Source: an uncultured Candidatus Saccharibacteria bacterium
GTDB taxonomy: Bacteria; Patescibacteriota; Minisyncoccia; Phycocordibacterales; PALSA-1337
Length of the DNA stretch: 64,000 bases
Assembly (NCBI GenBank): GCA_964412585.1
Contig: CAYPPJ010000003.1
Location: 12,027-76,026, forward strand
Direction: 5' to 3'
Part shown: positions 10,037 through 19,019 of the stretch, piece after piece
Layout of the letters: each line of letters starts with the position of its first letter
How positions within the stretch are numbered: position 1 is the first letter of the stretch
Program-made: the position numbers and the translations under genes
The notes under the pieces: generated by a model
What the model saw: the letters and a program-made list of their open reading frames with translations, nothing else
Told to the model about the DNA's origin: nothing
The model's database searches: none

Positions 10037-10495
10037 GTGATTCTCGGCTGGGTGGCATTTGTCGTGTGTGAATGGGTGTTTTGGCCCACGTTCTATGTGG
10101 CCGGATTCAAAGAAGTGCTCAATCACCACAAACTTGCGGAGGCGTTCTGGATCCTCTTCTCCGCAGAAATGGTCATCACATTCTTTTGCGTGCTCGTCTA
10201 CGACACGTTCAAGCGCGATCTTTTTGGGATCGAACATGCCAAGCGATATGTAAAATCATACTTTGGCATCGGGTCTGAATGGACGCTGAAGAAATTGGTC
10301 AGTACGACGGGAGCCTTTATTGCAATGTTTTTCCTGGTTTCTGCTCCTGGTTTGCTCCTCCTCTTTCGGAAAGAGGGCAAAAGAGGGATTCATCTAAGTG
10401 GGTTCTTCTTTATACTTATGGTCATCTTGATAAAGACCTATGTATATTCCCGGGCGCATATTCACCTGTCGCCTTACTACGTCGCACCGCACTAA
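10037..10495 (+). CDS. Hypothetical membrane protein
   Basis: About 4 hydrophobic segments; has its own promoter and terminator. Confidence 0.6.
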   Translation: MILGWVAFVVCEWVFWPTFYVAGFKEVLNHHKLAEAFWILFSAEMVITFFCVLVYDTFKRDLFGIEHAKRYVKSYFGIGSEWTLKKLVSTTGAFIAMFFLVSAPGLLLLFRKEGKRGIHLSGFFFILMVILIKTYVYSRAHIHLSPYYVAPH

Positions 10496-10522
10496 GTGCT
10501 CGATTCGCTGGTCTCTTTCACA

Positions 10523-10557
10523 TGCCGCTCTCGCAACTCGCGAAGCGGCACTTTTTT
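10523..10557 (+). terminator. Intrinsic terminator
   Basis: TGCCGCT...AGCGGCA stem followed by a T-tract. Confidence 0.65.
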
Positions 10558-10586
10558 ATGTCCTAATTTATGCTATAACTATATTC

Positions 10587-11489
10587 ATGTCAGCCACCTA
10601 CACCATCCTTCTTTTCTATAAATACGTGGAAATCGTTGATCCACAGGCTTTGGCCGATGCCCAACGCTCTACCTGTGAACGCCTCAACCTCAAAGGTCGT
10701 ATCATTGTCGCACATGAGGGAGTCAATGTGACACTTGAAGGAACCACTGAAAACATAGAAACCTATTGCCGTGAATTGGTAGCCGACACTCGATTTGCTG
10801 ATGTTCATTTGAAAAAGAGTGAAGGCACTGGCAAGGCATTTCCGAAAATATCAGTAAAAGTTCGTAAAGAAATTGTCACACTTGGATTGCCAGCAAAAAA
10901 TGATGTCGATCCACGTACCACCACGGGGAAGTATCTTTCAGCCGAAGAATTACAGCAGTGGTTTTCGTCAGGTAAAAAGTTCAAGATTATCGATATGCGC
11001 AATGACTACGAGCACAAAGTTGGACACTTCAAAGGATCGGTTCTACCACCACTTCATAATTTTCGTGACTTACCAAAGGCTTTGCCGACTCTTGAACCTC
11101 TTAAGGACGAGACAATTCTAACGGTGTGTACCGGCGGTGTGCGTTGTGAGAAGGCCTCGGGGTATTTGGTCAAGAATGGCTTCAAAGACGTCTATCAACT
11201 CGCGGGAGGCATCGTGACCTACATGGAACAGTTCGAAAAAAGTGCTGACGGCTCGCGCCCCGCGCAGAACTTCCTCGGTTCGCTCTATGTGTTTGATGAC
11301 CGCGTGACTATGGCGTATGCGGCGCCAACTGAACGTCCGGTGGTTGGGGCCTGTTCCTTCTGCGCTACACCGACGGAGACGTATATCAATTGCGCAGATG
11401 ATGTCTGTCACAAGCATTTTTTGGTGTGTGATGGGTGCAAAAAAGAGGGGATGCTGTGCAAGGACGGTCTCCACGCTGTTCCAGCATAG
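10587..11489 (+). CDS. trhO: Rhodanese-domain tRNA U34 hydroxylase (TrhO/YceA, UPF0176)
   Basis: LLFYKYV, LKGRI.VAHEGVN.T, DMRNDYE..VGHF, CTGGVRCEKAS, L.GGI..Y and C-terminal Cys cluster. Start reassigned to ATG 10587. Confidence 0.92.
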   Translation: MSATYTILLFYKYVEIVDPQALADAQRSTCERLNLKGRIIVAHEGVNVTLEGTTENIETYCRELVADTRFADVHLKKSEGTGKAFPKISVKVRKEIVTLGLPAKNDVDPRTTTGKYLSAEELQQWFSSGKKFKIIDMRNDYEHKVGHFKGSVLPPLHNFRDLPKALPTLEPLKDETILTVCTGGVRCEKASGYLVKNGFKDVYQLAGGIVTYMEQFEKSADGSRPAQNFLGSLYVFDDRVTMAYAAPTERPVVGACSFCATPTETYINCADDVCHKHFLVCDGCKKEGMLCKDGLHAVPA

Positions 11490-11550
11490 CTTGAATAATC
11501 GGTCAAAATAGCGTATTTTGTATGGACAACTCAATAGTTTCGTAATCCCT

Positions 11551-11621
11551 TGCGGGATCGTCTAATGGTAGGACACAGCTCTCTGAAAGCTGGTATCTTG
11601 GTTCGAGTCCAAGTCCCGCAG
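11551..11621 (+). tRNA. tRNA-Gln (anticodon CUG); CCA not encoded
   Basis: Acceptor stem TGCGGGA/TCCCGCA; anticodon arm CAGCT-CTCTGAA-AGCTG; T arm CTTGG-TTCGAGT-CCAAG. Confidence 0.95.
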
Positions 11622-11676
11622 CAAAAAGTTGCCAAAAGTGGCAAGAAATATTATCTGGAAAGGTGCAATATTCAGA

Positions 11677-12672
11677 ATGTCGATTCTAGTCAAAAAACAA
11701 TTAAATAAACCAAAGCTAGTCTGGCTGGATACAAATGTTGTTGTCTCAATAAAAAACGCTTTGAAATCTGGAAACAAGGAACTAAGAGAGTATCGTTTAT
11801 ACCAAGGCCTCAGAAATGCACAAAAAAGAGGTGATTTAATTTGCCCCATTGTTTATCAGAGAGATGAATATAGTAGGCATCATAGTGAGTCAGAAAAAAA
11901 TTCTTGTGATACTTTAATTGTTGAACTTAGCCATGGAGTAAAGTTTTCAATGGTGACTGAGCACATCTTCATACGTCAATTTGAGAGGATGCTTGAAGTA
12001 TACCGAGATCAGAAAAATGAATTTGAGTTAGAAGCTTCCGATGTGCTGTTAGAAGACACTTCTAAAAAGAGCGCACCATTTCAAGTTGTGGTTTTAACTA
12101 CCGGATACGTTGCTCCTAACCAAGATGATATTGATAATTATTTAATTACAGATTTTAAAAGACGTAAGACAGAGGTGCGAGATTTGAAGTTGTCCTACGA
12201 ACAGATTCGAAAGAGTGAACTCAGTTCCAGGAAAATTGCGTATAACCGGCCAATAGAAGGTAGTCTGGCAATGTATCAGAAAATGAATCCTGAGGCGACC
12301 ATTATGCATTTTCAGTCTCTGCTAGAAGGTGAGAAGTTTAGTTTACTAAAAACTTGGCTTAGGGTCTTTGGTAAAGAGGAACAAGAGCGAACTATTAATG
12401 CCTTTTTTAACTCTGACTATTACGAACATATACCTTTTGAAGATATTCACACGCGTCTGGTTACTAATATTTTATTATCAGACAAGGAGCCGCAAAAAAA
12501 CGATATACAAGATCTTCAAAATATTACAATTGTTCTGCCTTACGTTGATTACATGATTACAGAGAAGGCAATGAAAGGTTACATATATAAAGAAAAGTTG
12601 GATCAGAAATATCTTACTGAAGTGTACGATCTTAGTGATATCGATACATTTCTTGCGAAAATAGGTAGTTAA
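11677..12672 (+). CDS. AT-rich hypothetical protein with PIN-like signature
   Basis: N-terminal VWLDTNV and C-terminal ND..D....LPYVDYMITEK resemble PIN acidic motifs; lies immediately after the tRNA. Confidence 0.55.
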   Translation: MSILVKKQLNKPKLVWLDTNVVVSIKNALKSGNKELREYRLYQGLRNAQKRGDLICPIVYQRDEYSRHHSESEKNSCDTLIVELSHGVKFSMVTEHIFIRQFERMLEVYRDQKNEFELEASDVLLEDTSKKSAPFQVVVLTTGYVAPNQDDIDNYLITDFKRRKTEVRDLKLSYEQIRKSELSSRKIAYNRPIEGSLAMYQKMNPEATIMHFQSLLEGEKFSLLKTWLRVFGKEEQERTINAFFNSDYYEHIPFEDIHTRLVTNILLSDKEPQKNDIQDLQNITIVLPYVDYMITEKAMKGYIYKEKLDQKYLTEVYDLSDIDTFLAKIGS

Positions 12673-12892
12673 AAGTTACCAGCCCCGGCAACATCCGCAT
12701 CCTTTCCCCAATTCTTCCAATCATCCACACTGTCTCCATAAAATAACAAAACCCAATCAGCCATAGTGAAAGAAGGGGACATGCAGACACTTCGAAAGAA
12801 GTGGTATACTTTTGTTACAAGGATTTTGTGTTTTGGCCCAAAGGCCCGAACATCGTCCAAGCCTCCCAACCAATCATGCTATCATTAAGTTC

Positions 12893-13342
12893 ATGAAAGA
12901 AATTAGACTCCACAAACAATGGATTGTTAAAGCTCCAATCGAAGATGTAGCTAGGATAATGACCGACTTTGAAAAATTACCAGAATATTTTCCGAAAGTT
13001 GCAGAGTCGGTGCAGATTACCAAAAGAGACGGAAATAATTTAGAGATGGAAGCAACAATTAGATCATTCGGTAGAAGTTTTAAAGTAAAGATGAAAACAC
13101 AAATTCTTCCTGGAAAAGGATTTATTTCAGATAATGATAGCTATCAGTTCGGAACTTCTGGACATGAAGAATTATTACTCTCTAAACATAATGATGGAAC
13201 TTTAGTTGACTATACCTATCAGGTCTCAATCCATAAGGCATGGCTGCGCATAGTTGCGACACCGCTTATCAAATGGTATTCGATGAAAGCATGGGAGAAA
13301 GGCGTTATAAACGAGCTTAAGAAGTTGGTAGAGAAAAGATAG
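12893..13342 (+). CDS. SRPBCC/polyketide-cyclase-like protein
   Basis: IVKAPIEDV..IMTDFEKLPEYFP motif and C-terminal helix; start placed at ATG 12893 after TGcTATCAT. Confidence 0.78.
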   Translation: MKEIRLHKQWIVKAPIEDVARIMTDFEKLPEYFPKVAESVQITKRDGNNLEMEATIRSFGRSFKVKMKTQILPGKGFISDNDSYQFGTSGHEELLLSKHNDGTLVDYTYQVSIHKAWLRIVATPLIKWYSMKAWEKGVINELKKLVEKR

Positions 13343-13392
13343 TTCCAACTTCGTCCCACACGGCCAGCCAGTAGGTTTGGTATAATAGTTGT

Positions 13393-13878
13393 ATGATAAT
13401 TTTTCTTAATGGTTCGATTAATTCAGGCAAAAGTACTGTAGCTCAACTACTAACCAAAAAAATCCCTAATGTTGCACTAGTAGAAATTGATGTACTGAGG
13501 AACATGATCGAATGGATGACGATCGATAAGGCAGTGCCAATAAACCTGGAGAATGCAATATCTGTAATTCGCACTTTTACAAGAAACAATCTAAATGTTC
13601 TGGTCCCTTATCCACTTTCTGAGGAGAACCAAAAGCACATTGTTAGCTCCCTAAAAGATATTGGTACCAAAATATATTTTTTTACCCTTGCACCAAGACT
13701 TGAGAAGGCTCTGACTGATAGGGGAAGCAGGAAACTGGATGACTGGGAGCGTGATAGGATAAAGTATCACTATGAGATAGGAATCAACCGTCCATCATTT
13801 GGAGAAATAATAGATAATTCGGAGCAAACACCTGAAGAAACGGCAAATAGTATCCTCAGTAGGATTAATTATACATAG
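13393..13878 (+). CDS. P-loop NMP-kinase-like (AAA_33-type) protein
   Basis: IIFLNGSINSGKST and IIDNS..TPEE motifs. Confidence 0.8.
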   Translation: MIIFLNGSINSGKSTVAQLLTKKIPNVALVEIDVLRNMIEWMTIDKAVPINLENAISVIRTFTRNNLNVLVPYPLSEENQKHIVSSLKDIGTKIYFFTLAPRLEKALTDRGSRKLDDWERDRIKYHYEIGINRPSFGEIIDNSEQTPEETANSILSRINYT

Positions 13879-13910
13879 ACCCTGGTTGGTCATCGCTTGC
13901 TGATTATGAT

Positions 13911-14333
13911 ATGAAAAAAATACCTGCAAAACTCATACCTGAACTAAAAGTGCGAGATTTCGAGAAGAGTCTTGATTTTTACACGCGCATACTGGGGTTT
14001 ACGATCTTATATGATAGGCCAGAGGAAAAGTTTGCCATGCTCGAGAGGGAAGGGGCATTGGTGATGATTGAACTTCTCGAATCTCAAGACCGGTGGGCAG
14101 TTGGTAATAGGGAATACCCTCTGGGACAAGGAATCAATTTCCAGATTGAAGTAACAGACGTCCAAGGCCTCTACAATAATCTTACCAAAGAGGAATACCC
14201 GATTTTTTTTGACATGGAAGAGAAATGGTATAGGAGCAACGATACTGAAGTCGGCAATCGACAGTTTCTGGTGCAGGATCCGGATGGCTATCTGCTGCGC
14301 TTTTTTCAAGATATAGGAGAGCGCTTGAGGTAG
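13911..14333 (+). CDS. VOC / bleomycin-resistance family protein
   Basis: LIPEL.V.D...SL.FY...LGF, YPLGQGINFQI and RQFLVQDPDGYLLRF motifs. Confidence 0.9.
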   Translation: MKKIPAKLIPELKVRDFEKSLDFYTRILGFTILYDRPEEKFAMLEREGALVMIELLESQDRWAVGNREYPLGQGINFQIEVTDVQGLYNNLTKEEYPIFFDMEEKWYRSNDTEVGNRQFLVQDPDGYLLRFFQDIGERLR

Positions 14334-14416
14334 TTAGAAATGCTCTTTATTCAGATTGTCATTGTGATCGTCCTGTATTTGGTAAATTATCTACAAGTAC
14401 TATAAGATACTCATAT

Positions 14417-14899
14417 ATGAATACCATACCCAAAAACACCATTTGTCTCTGGTTCGAAAAGGACGCAGAGGCGGCCGCGAAATTTTATGCAGCTACGTTT
14501 CCCGATAGCAAAGTGACCGGCGTATTTCACGCACCGAACGATTTTCCGAGCGGCAAGAAAGGTGATGTGCTCACCGTAGAGTTCACGGTATGCGGGATTC
14601 CGTGCATGGGTCTCAATGGCGGTCCGATGTTCAAGCAAAGTGAAGCATTTTCATTTCAGATCTCAACGGACAATCAGGAGGAAACTGATCGTTATTGGAA
14701 TGCTATCGTCGGGAACGGTGGTCAGGAAAGCGAGTGTGGCTGGTGCAAGGACCGCTGGGGAGTATCATGGCAGATCACGCCGCGAACGCTGATGGAAGCA
14801 TTCGCGGTCGGCGGCGCGGAGGGGAAGCGTGCTTTTGACGCGATGATGACGATGAGGAAGATTGATGTTGCCAAGATTGATGAGGCGCGAAGGGGGTAA
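14417..14899 (+). CDS. VOC family protein (PhnB / 3-dmu-9_3-mt type)
   Basis: TICLWF..DAEAAA.FY, GLNGGP.F and CGWCKDRWGVSWQI motifs. Confidence 0.92.
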   Translation: MNTIPKNTICLWFEKDAEAAAKFYAATFPDSKVTGVFHAPNDFPSGKKGDVLTVEFTVCGIPCMGLNGGPMFKQSEAFSFQISTDNQEETDRYWNAIVGNGGQESECGWCKDRWGVSWQITPRTLMEAFAVGGAEGKRAFDAMMTMRKIDVAKIDEARRG

Positions 14900-14953
14900 G
14901 GGAGATTTGAGCATTAGTCCTGCAGAATTTAAATTTCATAGTATAATCATCTT

Positions 14954-16018
14954 ATGAAAAAACTCATAATAGCAATAGTAGCACTCATAATAATTGTACT
15001 GCTCGTTGTACTTGGTCAGAAGAACTCGAGTGAAATTTCAAGTAAAGTTACTATTGGTTGGTTCGGCCCTCTTTCAGGACCAGTGGCCTCTTTGGGTGAA
15101 CAAAACTTGAGGGGTATCCAGTTGGCCATACAAGATCACGGCAATGGAAAAATTAATTTGCTTACCGAGGATGATCAGTTTACGGCAAAGTCTTCATTGA
15201 GCGCATATGAAAAATTAAAGACAGAGAAGGTGTTTATGATGATGTCTCCGACATACAATGGCATCATGGCGCTTGCTCCAAGAGCTGACGCCGATAAGAT
15301 GTTTGTTGCAAATAGCATTGATGCAAGCAGTGAGATCGGTAAGGCAGGGGAATACGTATTGGGTATCGGTTATTATGCCGATGGTCATGGTGCAAATTTT
15401 GCTCGCACATTAGAAAAAGCTGGCGCGAAGAAAGTTGGCGTATTCTACAATCAAGGCGAGACATTTACGCAGTTAATCGTTAATGCTTTTAAGGAACAGT
15501 ATAAGGGTGACATCGCGCTTGTTGAAGGATATAAGCCGGGTTCAACTGATTTCCGCACCACAATAACTAAGATGAAGAATCTGGGTATTGATACAGTGCT
15601 CTTGATCGGTTGGGACGAGTCGGGTTTCTTCATCAAAGAGTCAGAAGAATTGAGCTTCAAACCGAGTGTGTATGGTTTGGCGAGTTTTACGGCCCCAGGC
15701 TTTCTTTCTAACGCAGGAAAAACAACGATTCCTATGTATTATCTTGGTTGGGACCAGGATTCAAAAGAGTACAAAGAAATTGTACGTAAATATACGGCGG
15801 CATATGGCGATGCACCATCTCAACCCCTCTTCGTTGCACTTGGGTATGACGCCATGACCTTTGTGCTTAAGACCATCGCACAGGGCGCAACTCCCGAGGA
15901 GTTTCGAAAAAATTTGTACACCACTTCCGTTCAAGGTTTAACAGGTACACTGAAGCTTGATGATGATGGCATTGTAAGGGGTATCACGACACAGAGTCGT
16001 TTGTTCAAGGTTCAGTAG
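14954..16018 (+). CDS. Branched-chain amino-acid (LivK-like) ABC substrate-binding protein, membrane anchored
   Basis: IGWFGPLSGPVASLG, EDDQ, TDFRT.ITK, GYDA and GLTG.L..D motifs. Confidence 0.85.
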   Translation: MKKLIIAIVALIIIVLLVVLGQKNSSEISSKVTIGWFGPLSGPVASLGEQNLRGIQLAIQDHGNGKINLLTEDDQFTAKSSLSAYEKLKTEKVFMMMSPTYNGIMALAPRADADKMFVANSIDASSEIGKAGEYVLGIGYYADGHGANFARTLEKAGAKKVGVFYNQGETFTQLIVNAFKEQYKGDIALVEGYKPGSTDFRTTITKMKNLGIDTVLLIGWDESGFFIKESEELSFKPSVYGLASFTAPGFLSNAGKTTIPMYYLGWDQDSKEYKEIVRKYTAAYGDAPSQPLFVALGYDAMTFVLKTIAQGATPEEFRKNLYTTSVQGLTGTLKLDDDGIVRGITTQSRLFKVQ

Positions 16019-16035
16019 GTTGGAGAAGTTGTCTC

Positions 16036-16428
16036 ATGATTCACGTTAACTACAAACTAGACCGCTCATCCAAGCACGGCATTGGTCTTTTCGCAGACCA
16101 AGACATTCAAAAAGGGGCGCTTATTTATACTCCGAGTCAACTACTTGATGTAAATATCACCCAGGAGCAGTTTGATTCACTCGACGAAAAAGAGAAAAAG
16201 GAAATACTCTGGTGGGGCTTCTTTGATAAGCCGACGGGTAAATGGCATGTCGATTTTGATGTGTCTCACTTTATCAATCATTCGTATGAGGGTACTGTTA
16301 CTCAGGATTCACAGCATCAAGAGGCGTATCTCGTCGCCGTGCGAGACATAAAAAGAGGCGAGGAACTGACGCAGAATTATCTTGAATTTGAGTCCGAGAC
16401 TGATTTACGAAAGAGGGGAATTAAATAA
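16036..16428 (+). CDS. SET-domain protein
   Basis: HGIGLFADQDI.KG, FINHS and AVRDIKRGEELTQNY motifs. Confidence 0.9.
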   Translation: MIHVNYKLDRSSKHGIGLFADQDIQKGALIYTPSQLLDVNITQEQFDSLDEKEKKEILWWGFFDKPTGKWHVDFDVSHFINHSYEGTVTQDSQHQEAYLVAVRDIKRGEELTQNYLEFESETDLRKRGIK

Positions 16429-16436
16429 CAAATACC

Positions 16437-17090
16437 ATGAAATTACTTCTGACATCGGGCGGACTAACAAATAAGTCTATAGAAAAGGCGCTTTTTGAAT
16501 TGGTTGGTAAAAAACCAGAGGAGACATCCCTTTGTTTTATTCCCACCGCGTCAAATGTGGAAATGGGGGACAAGGACTGGTTTATCAATGATTTAATTAA
16601 TATCAACAAGCAGAACTTCAAATCAGTACATATTACCGATATCTCTGCGGTTTCTGAAGATGTCTGGCGACCACAAATGGAGAAGGCTGATATTCTATTT
16701 TTTGAAGGCGGAAACACGTATCACCTGATGAGGTGGATCAACAAATCAGGACTTGCAAAAATACTACCTGAATTACTTGAGGATAAAGTGTACGTTGGTT
16801 TGAGTGCGGGAAGCATGGTTACAGGTCCAGACCTCGCATTACGACTTTCACAGATAATTTATGGTGAAGATATGGAAGAAAAAAATATGAATGGGCTCGG
16901 TCTCGTCGATTTTTATATTCTTCCACATCTCAATTCACCCTATTTCCCAGCTCGAATGGAGGAGAATGCACGGAAGGTCGCTGGTGAAATATCAAGAAAG
17001 ATTTATTTTCTCGATGATCAGAGTGCTCTCAAGGTTGTTGATGGTAAGGTTGAGGTGGTGAGTGAGGGTAAGTATTTGGAATTTAATTAG
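16437..17090 (+). CDS. Peptidase E (S51) family
   Basis: LLLTSGG, FIPTA, GGNTY.L, YVGLSAGS and ILPH motifs. Confidence 0.9.
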   Translation: MKLLLTSGGLTNKSIEKALFELVGKKPEETSLCFIPTASNVEMGDKDWFINDLININKQNFKSVHITDISAVSEDVWRPQMEKADILFFEGGNTYHLMRWINKSGLAKILPELLEDKVYVGLSAGSMVTGPDLALRLSQIIYGEDMEEKNMNGLGLVDFYILPHLNSPYFPARMEENARKVAGEISRKIYFLDDQSALKVVDGKVEVVSEGKYLEFN

Positions 17091-17108
17091 ATTTTACATA
17101 GTATCTAT

Positions 17109-17666
17109 ATGAAAACCACTTTTGTCCTCCATGGAGGATTTGCAGCAGGAATAAAACAGCAGAGCAACGCCTTCTTTCAAGAGATGCTCAGGGACACACC
17201 CGAGAATGCGAAGGTACTCTTGGTCTATTTTGCCGAAGCTGATGAGAAGGTTTTCCTAAGAACTCAACAGGATACGGAGGAATTGAATGCAAATCGTGGT
17301 TCAAAACAATTGGAGATTAAGGTTGCAACGGCAGACACGTTCGAAAAAGATTGCACGTGGGCAGATGTGATATATCTCCATGGTGGTAAAACTATCAAAC
17401 TAGTTGAGTCGTTGAGCAAGTATCCCAATATCAGAGATCTTTTTTCAGGTAAAATCGTGTCTGGCGACTCAGCCGGAGCTCATGCACTGGGGAAACTGTA
17501 TTACAGTCGGAATTCTAAGATTATCGGAGAAGGGTTGGGAATAGTGCCACTTAAGATTATGGCTCATCATCAAGAAGGTGCACCTGATCCTTTTGTCGGG
17601 ATTAAGCCAGAACTGGAGACGTTATTGTTGCGCGAGTATGAGGTTAAAGTAATTTATTATTCCTAA
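17109..17666 (+). CDS. Divergent S51 / class I GATase-like peptidase
   Basis: VLHGG, ADVIYLHGG, SGDSAGA and MAHH motifs. Confidence 0.75.
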   Translation: MKTTFVLHGGFAAGIKQQSNAFFQEMLRDTPENAKVLLVYFAEADEKVFLRTQQDTEELNANRGSKQLEIKVATADTFEKDCTWADVIYLHGGKTIKLVESLSKYPNIRDLFSGKIVSGDSAGAHALGKLYYSRNSKIIGEGLGIVPLKIMAHHQEGAPDPFVGIKPELETLLLREYEVKVIYYS

Positions 17667-17684
17667 TAAACAAGCTTCACTTCT

Positions 17685-18305
17685 ATGACCCAAACCCACG
17701 TCCTCATCATCCATGGCGGTATGACCTTCAGAAATAGGAAGGATTATCTCCACTATCTCAAGACGAAGAAGGTTTCTATCGAGCCGAGAATAAACTGGGC
17801 GGGCGACTATCTTGAGAAAAAACTTGGGCCCAAGTTCAAGGTTATCAGGCCTCGGATGCCGCAGCGAGATGATGCAAAATATAGCGATTGGAAAATATTT
17901 TTTGAGAGATATCTTCCGTTACTGAAAGGGAAGTTTATTTTGATAGGCAATTCATTGGGTGGCATATTTCTTGCTAAATATCTTTCAGAACACAAGCTGG
18001 CCAAGAAAGCACATGCGGTTTACATGGTCTGCACCCCTTTTGATGACACGGTCCCTACCGAAGATTTGGTAGGAGGATTCAAACTCAAGCCGAAGATAGT
18101 TCAGCTTGAGAACAATGCCACACATGTCAGAATGCTATTTTCAAAAGATGATGAGGTGGTTCCTGTGTCTCATGCTAAAAAATACGCCACAAAATTAGAC
18201 AAAACAGAGATCTATATTTTCGATGGGAAGAACGGTCATTTTAATGTACCGACATTTCCTGAGATTGTGAAGATGATAAAGGAGGATGCAAAAAATTCAA
18301 AATAA
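17685..18305 (+). CDS. Alpha/beta hydrolase (RBBP9/YdeN-like)
   Basis: IIHGG, GNSLGG nucleophile elbow, SKDD.VVP and GHF. Confidence 0.88.
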   Translation: MTQTHVLIIHGGMTFRNRKDYLHYLKTKKVSIEPRINWAGDYLEKKLGPKFKVIRPRMPQRDDAKYSDWKIFFERYLPLLKGKFILIGNSLGGIFLAKYLSEHKLAKKAHAVYMVCTPFDDTVPTEDLVGGFKLKPKIVQLENNATHVRMLFSKDDEVVPVSHAKKYATKLDKTEIYIFDGKNGHFNVPTFPEIVKMIKEDAKNSK

Positions 18306-18310
18306 TTTTT

Positions 18311-18910
18311 TTACACCTTCCACTTTGTAACGGCATTTTTTAATTTTTCCAAGAAACTCTGCTTGCGCGGAGGTTCTGACGGAGGAATGATTAGCGTAGG
18401 TGTTTGGACTGGTGCAGGAACTGGTGGGGAAACTGGAGAAGGAGATGGTAACGGAGGGGGAGGGACTGTTGCCACTTTTTTTGGCTTCTCAACAGGATGA
18501 ACACCGAGCTGCTTTTTGAGCAGATTATTTTCTTTTCGAAGTGACATGATCAATTTGTTTTGATCGTGTATCTTTTTTTCAAGACGCTTGTCTGGTTCGG
18601 CTTCGAGCACGTTACTCATGTTCGTAACTTGTTTTTTGAATACAACATCGGCCGTATTTGTTTCCAATTTGTTTTCTTTTATTTTTGAATTCCAATCAGT
18701 GAGTGTGCCAAGATCTTTTATGTTAAATTTTTTTGCAAAAGCAGTTTGATTTTTTATTTTGGCGATCTTGATGATCAGGGGATCGGTGAATCCATACGAA
18801 ACAAGCTGCTCTTTTTTCATGCCACGAAAATATGCCGGCAACGATTTCCATAAAACATACGTTTGGAACTCTTTTTCTTTATAAGCAACTTTATTGGCAT
18901 TTATTGGCAT
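18311..18910 (-). CDS. Hypothetical protein: HTH-like N-terminus, coiled coil, Pro-rich linker, amphipathic C-terminal helix
   Basis: Start reassigned to 18910 (TATAAT-N6-ATG). NQTAFAKKFNIKDLGTLTDW is HTH-like; tail is SFLEKLKNAVTKWKV. Confidence 0.6.
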   Translation of the reverse strand: MPINANKVAYKEKEFQTYVLWKSLPAYFRGMKKEQLVSYGFTDPLIIKIAKIKNQTAFAKKFNIKDLGTLTDWNSKIKENKLETNTADVVFKKQVTNMSNVLEAEPDKRLEKKIHDQNKLIMSLRKENNLLKKQLGVHPVEKPKKVATVPPPPLPSPSPVSPPVPAPVQTPTLIIPPSEPPRKQSFLEKLKNAVTKWKV

Positions 18911-18953
18911 TTGAGTATTATACTTCATTACATCAGGCCATTCTATCCCCAGA

Positions 18954-18984
18954 TTTACGTAAAAATCACATTTTTTTTCGTAAA
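18954..18984. promoter_or_regulatory. Inverted repeat (candidate operator) between divergent promoters
   Basis: TTTACGTAAAAA-N7-TTTTTTCGTAAA, 11/12 matching; AT-rich, so chance is possible. Confidence 0.4.
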
Positions 18985-19019
18985 AAATGGGCTGTTTTTT
19001 GGTACAATATTGAGTACAC

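Noticed and set aside
12669-12869. 66-aa minus-strand ORF or gene remnant after the PIN-like gene
   Set aside because: No recognisable motif or expression signal, so it cannot be supported as a gene or pseudogene.
12672-18305. Integron attC sites or a tRNA-derived att direct repeat
   Set aside because: Spacers share no palindromic repeat; only a 7-bp match (GTCCAAG near 12855) to the tRNA 3' end was seen, and there is no integrase.
18961-19000. Homopolymer tracts as a phase-variation switch for the giant gene
   Set aside because: The tracts are only 5-8 nt in AT-rich intergenic DNA, which is not distinguishable from background without read data.
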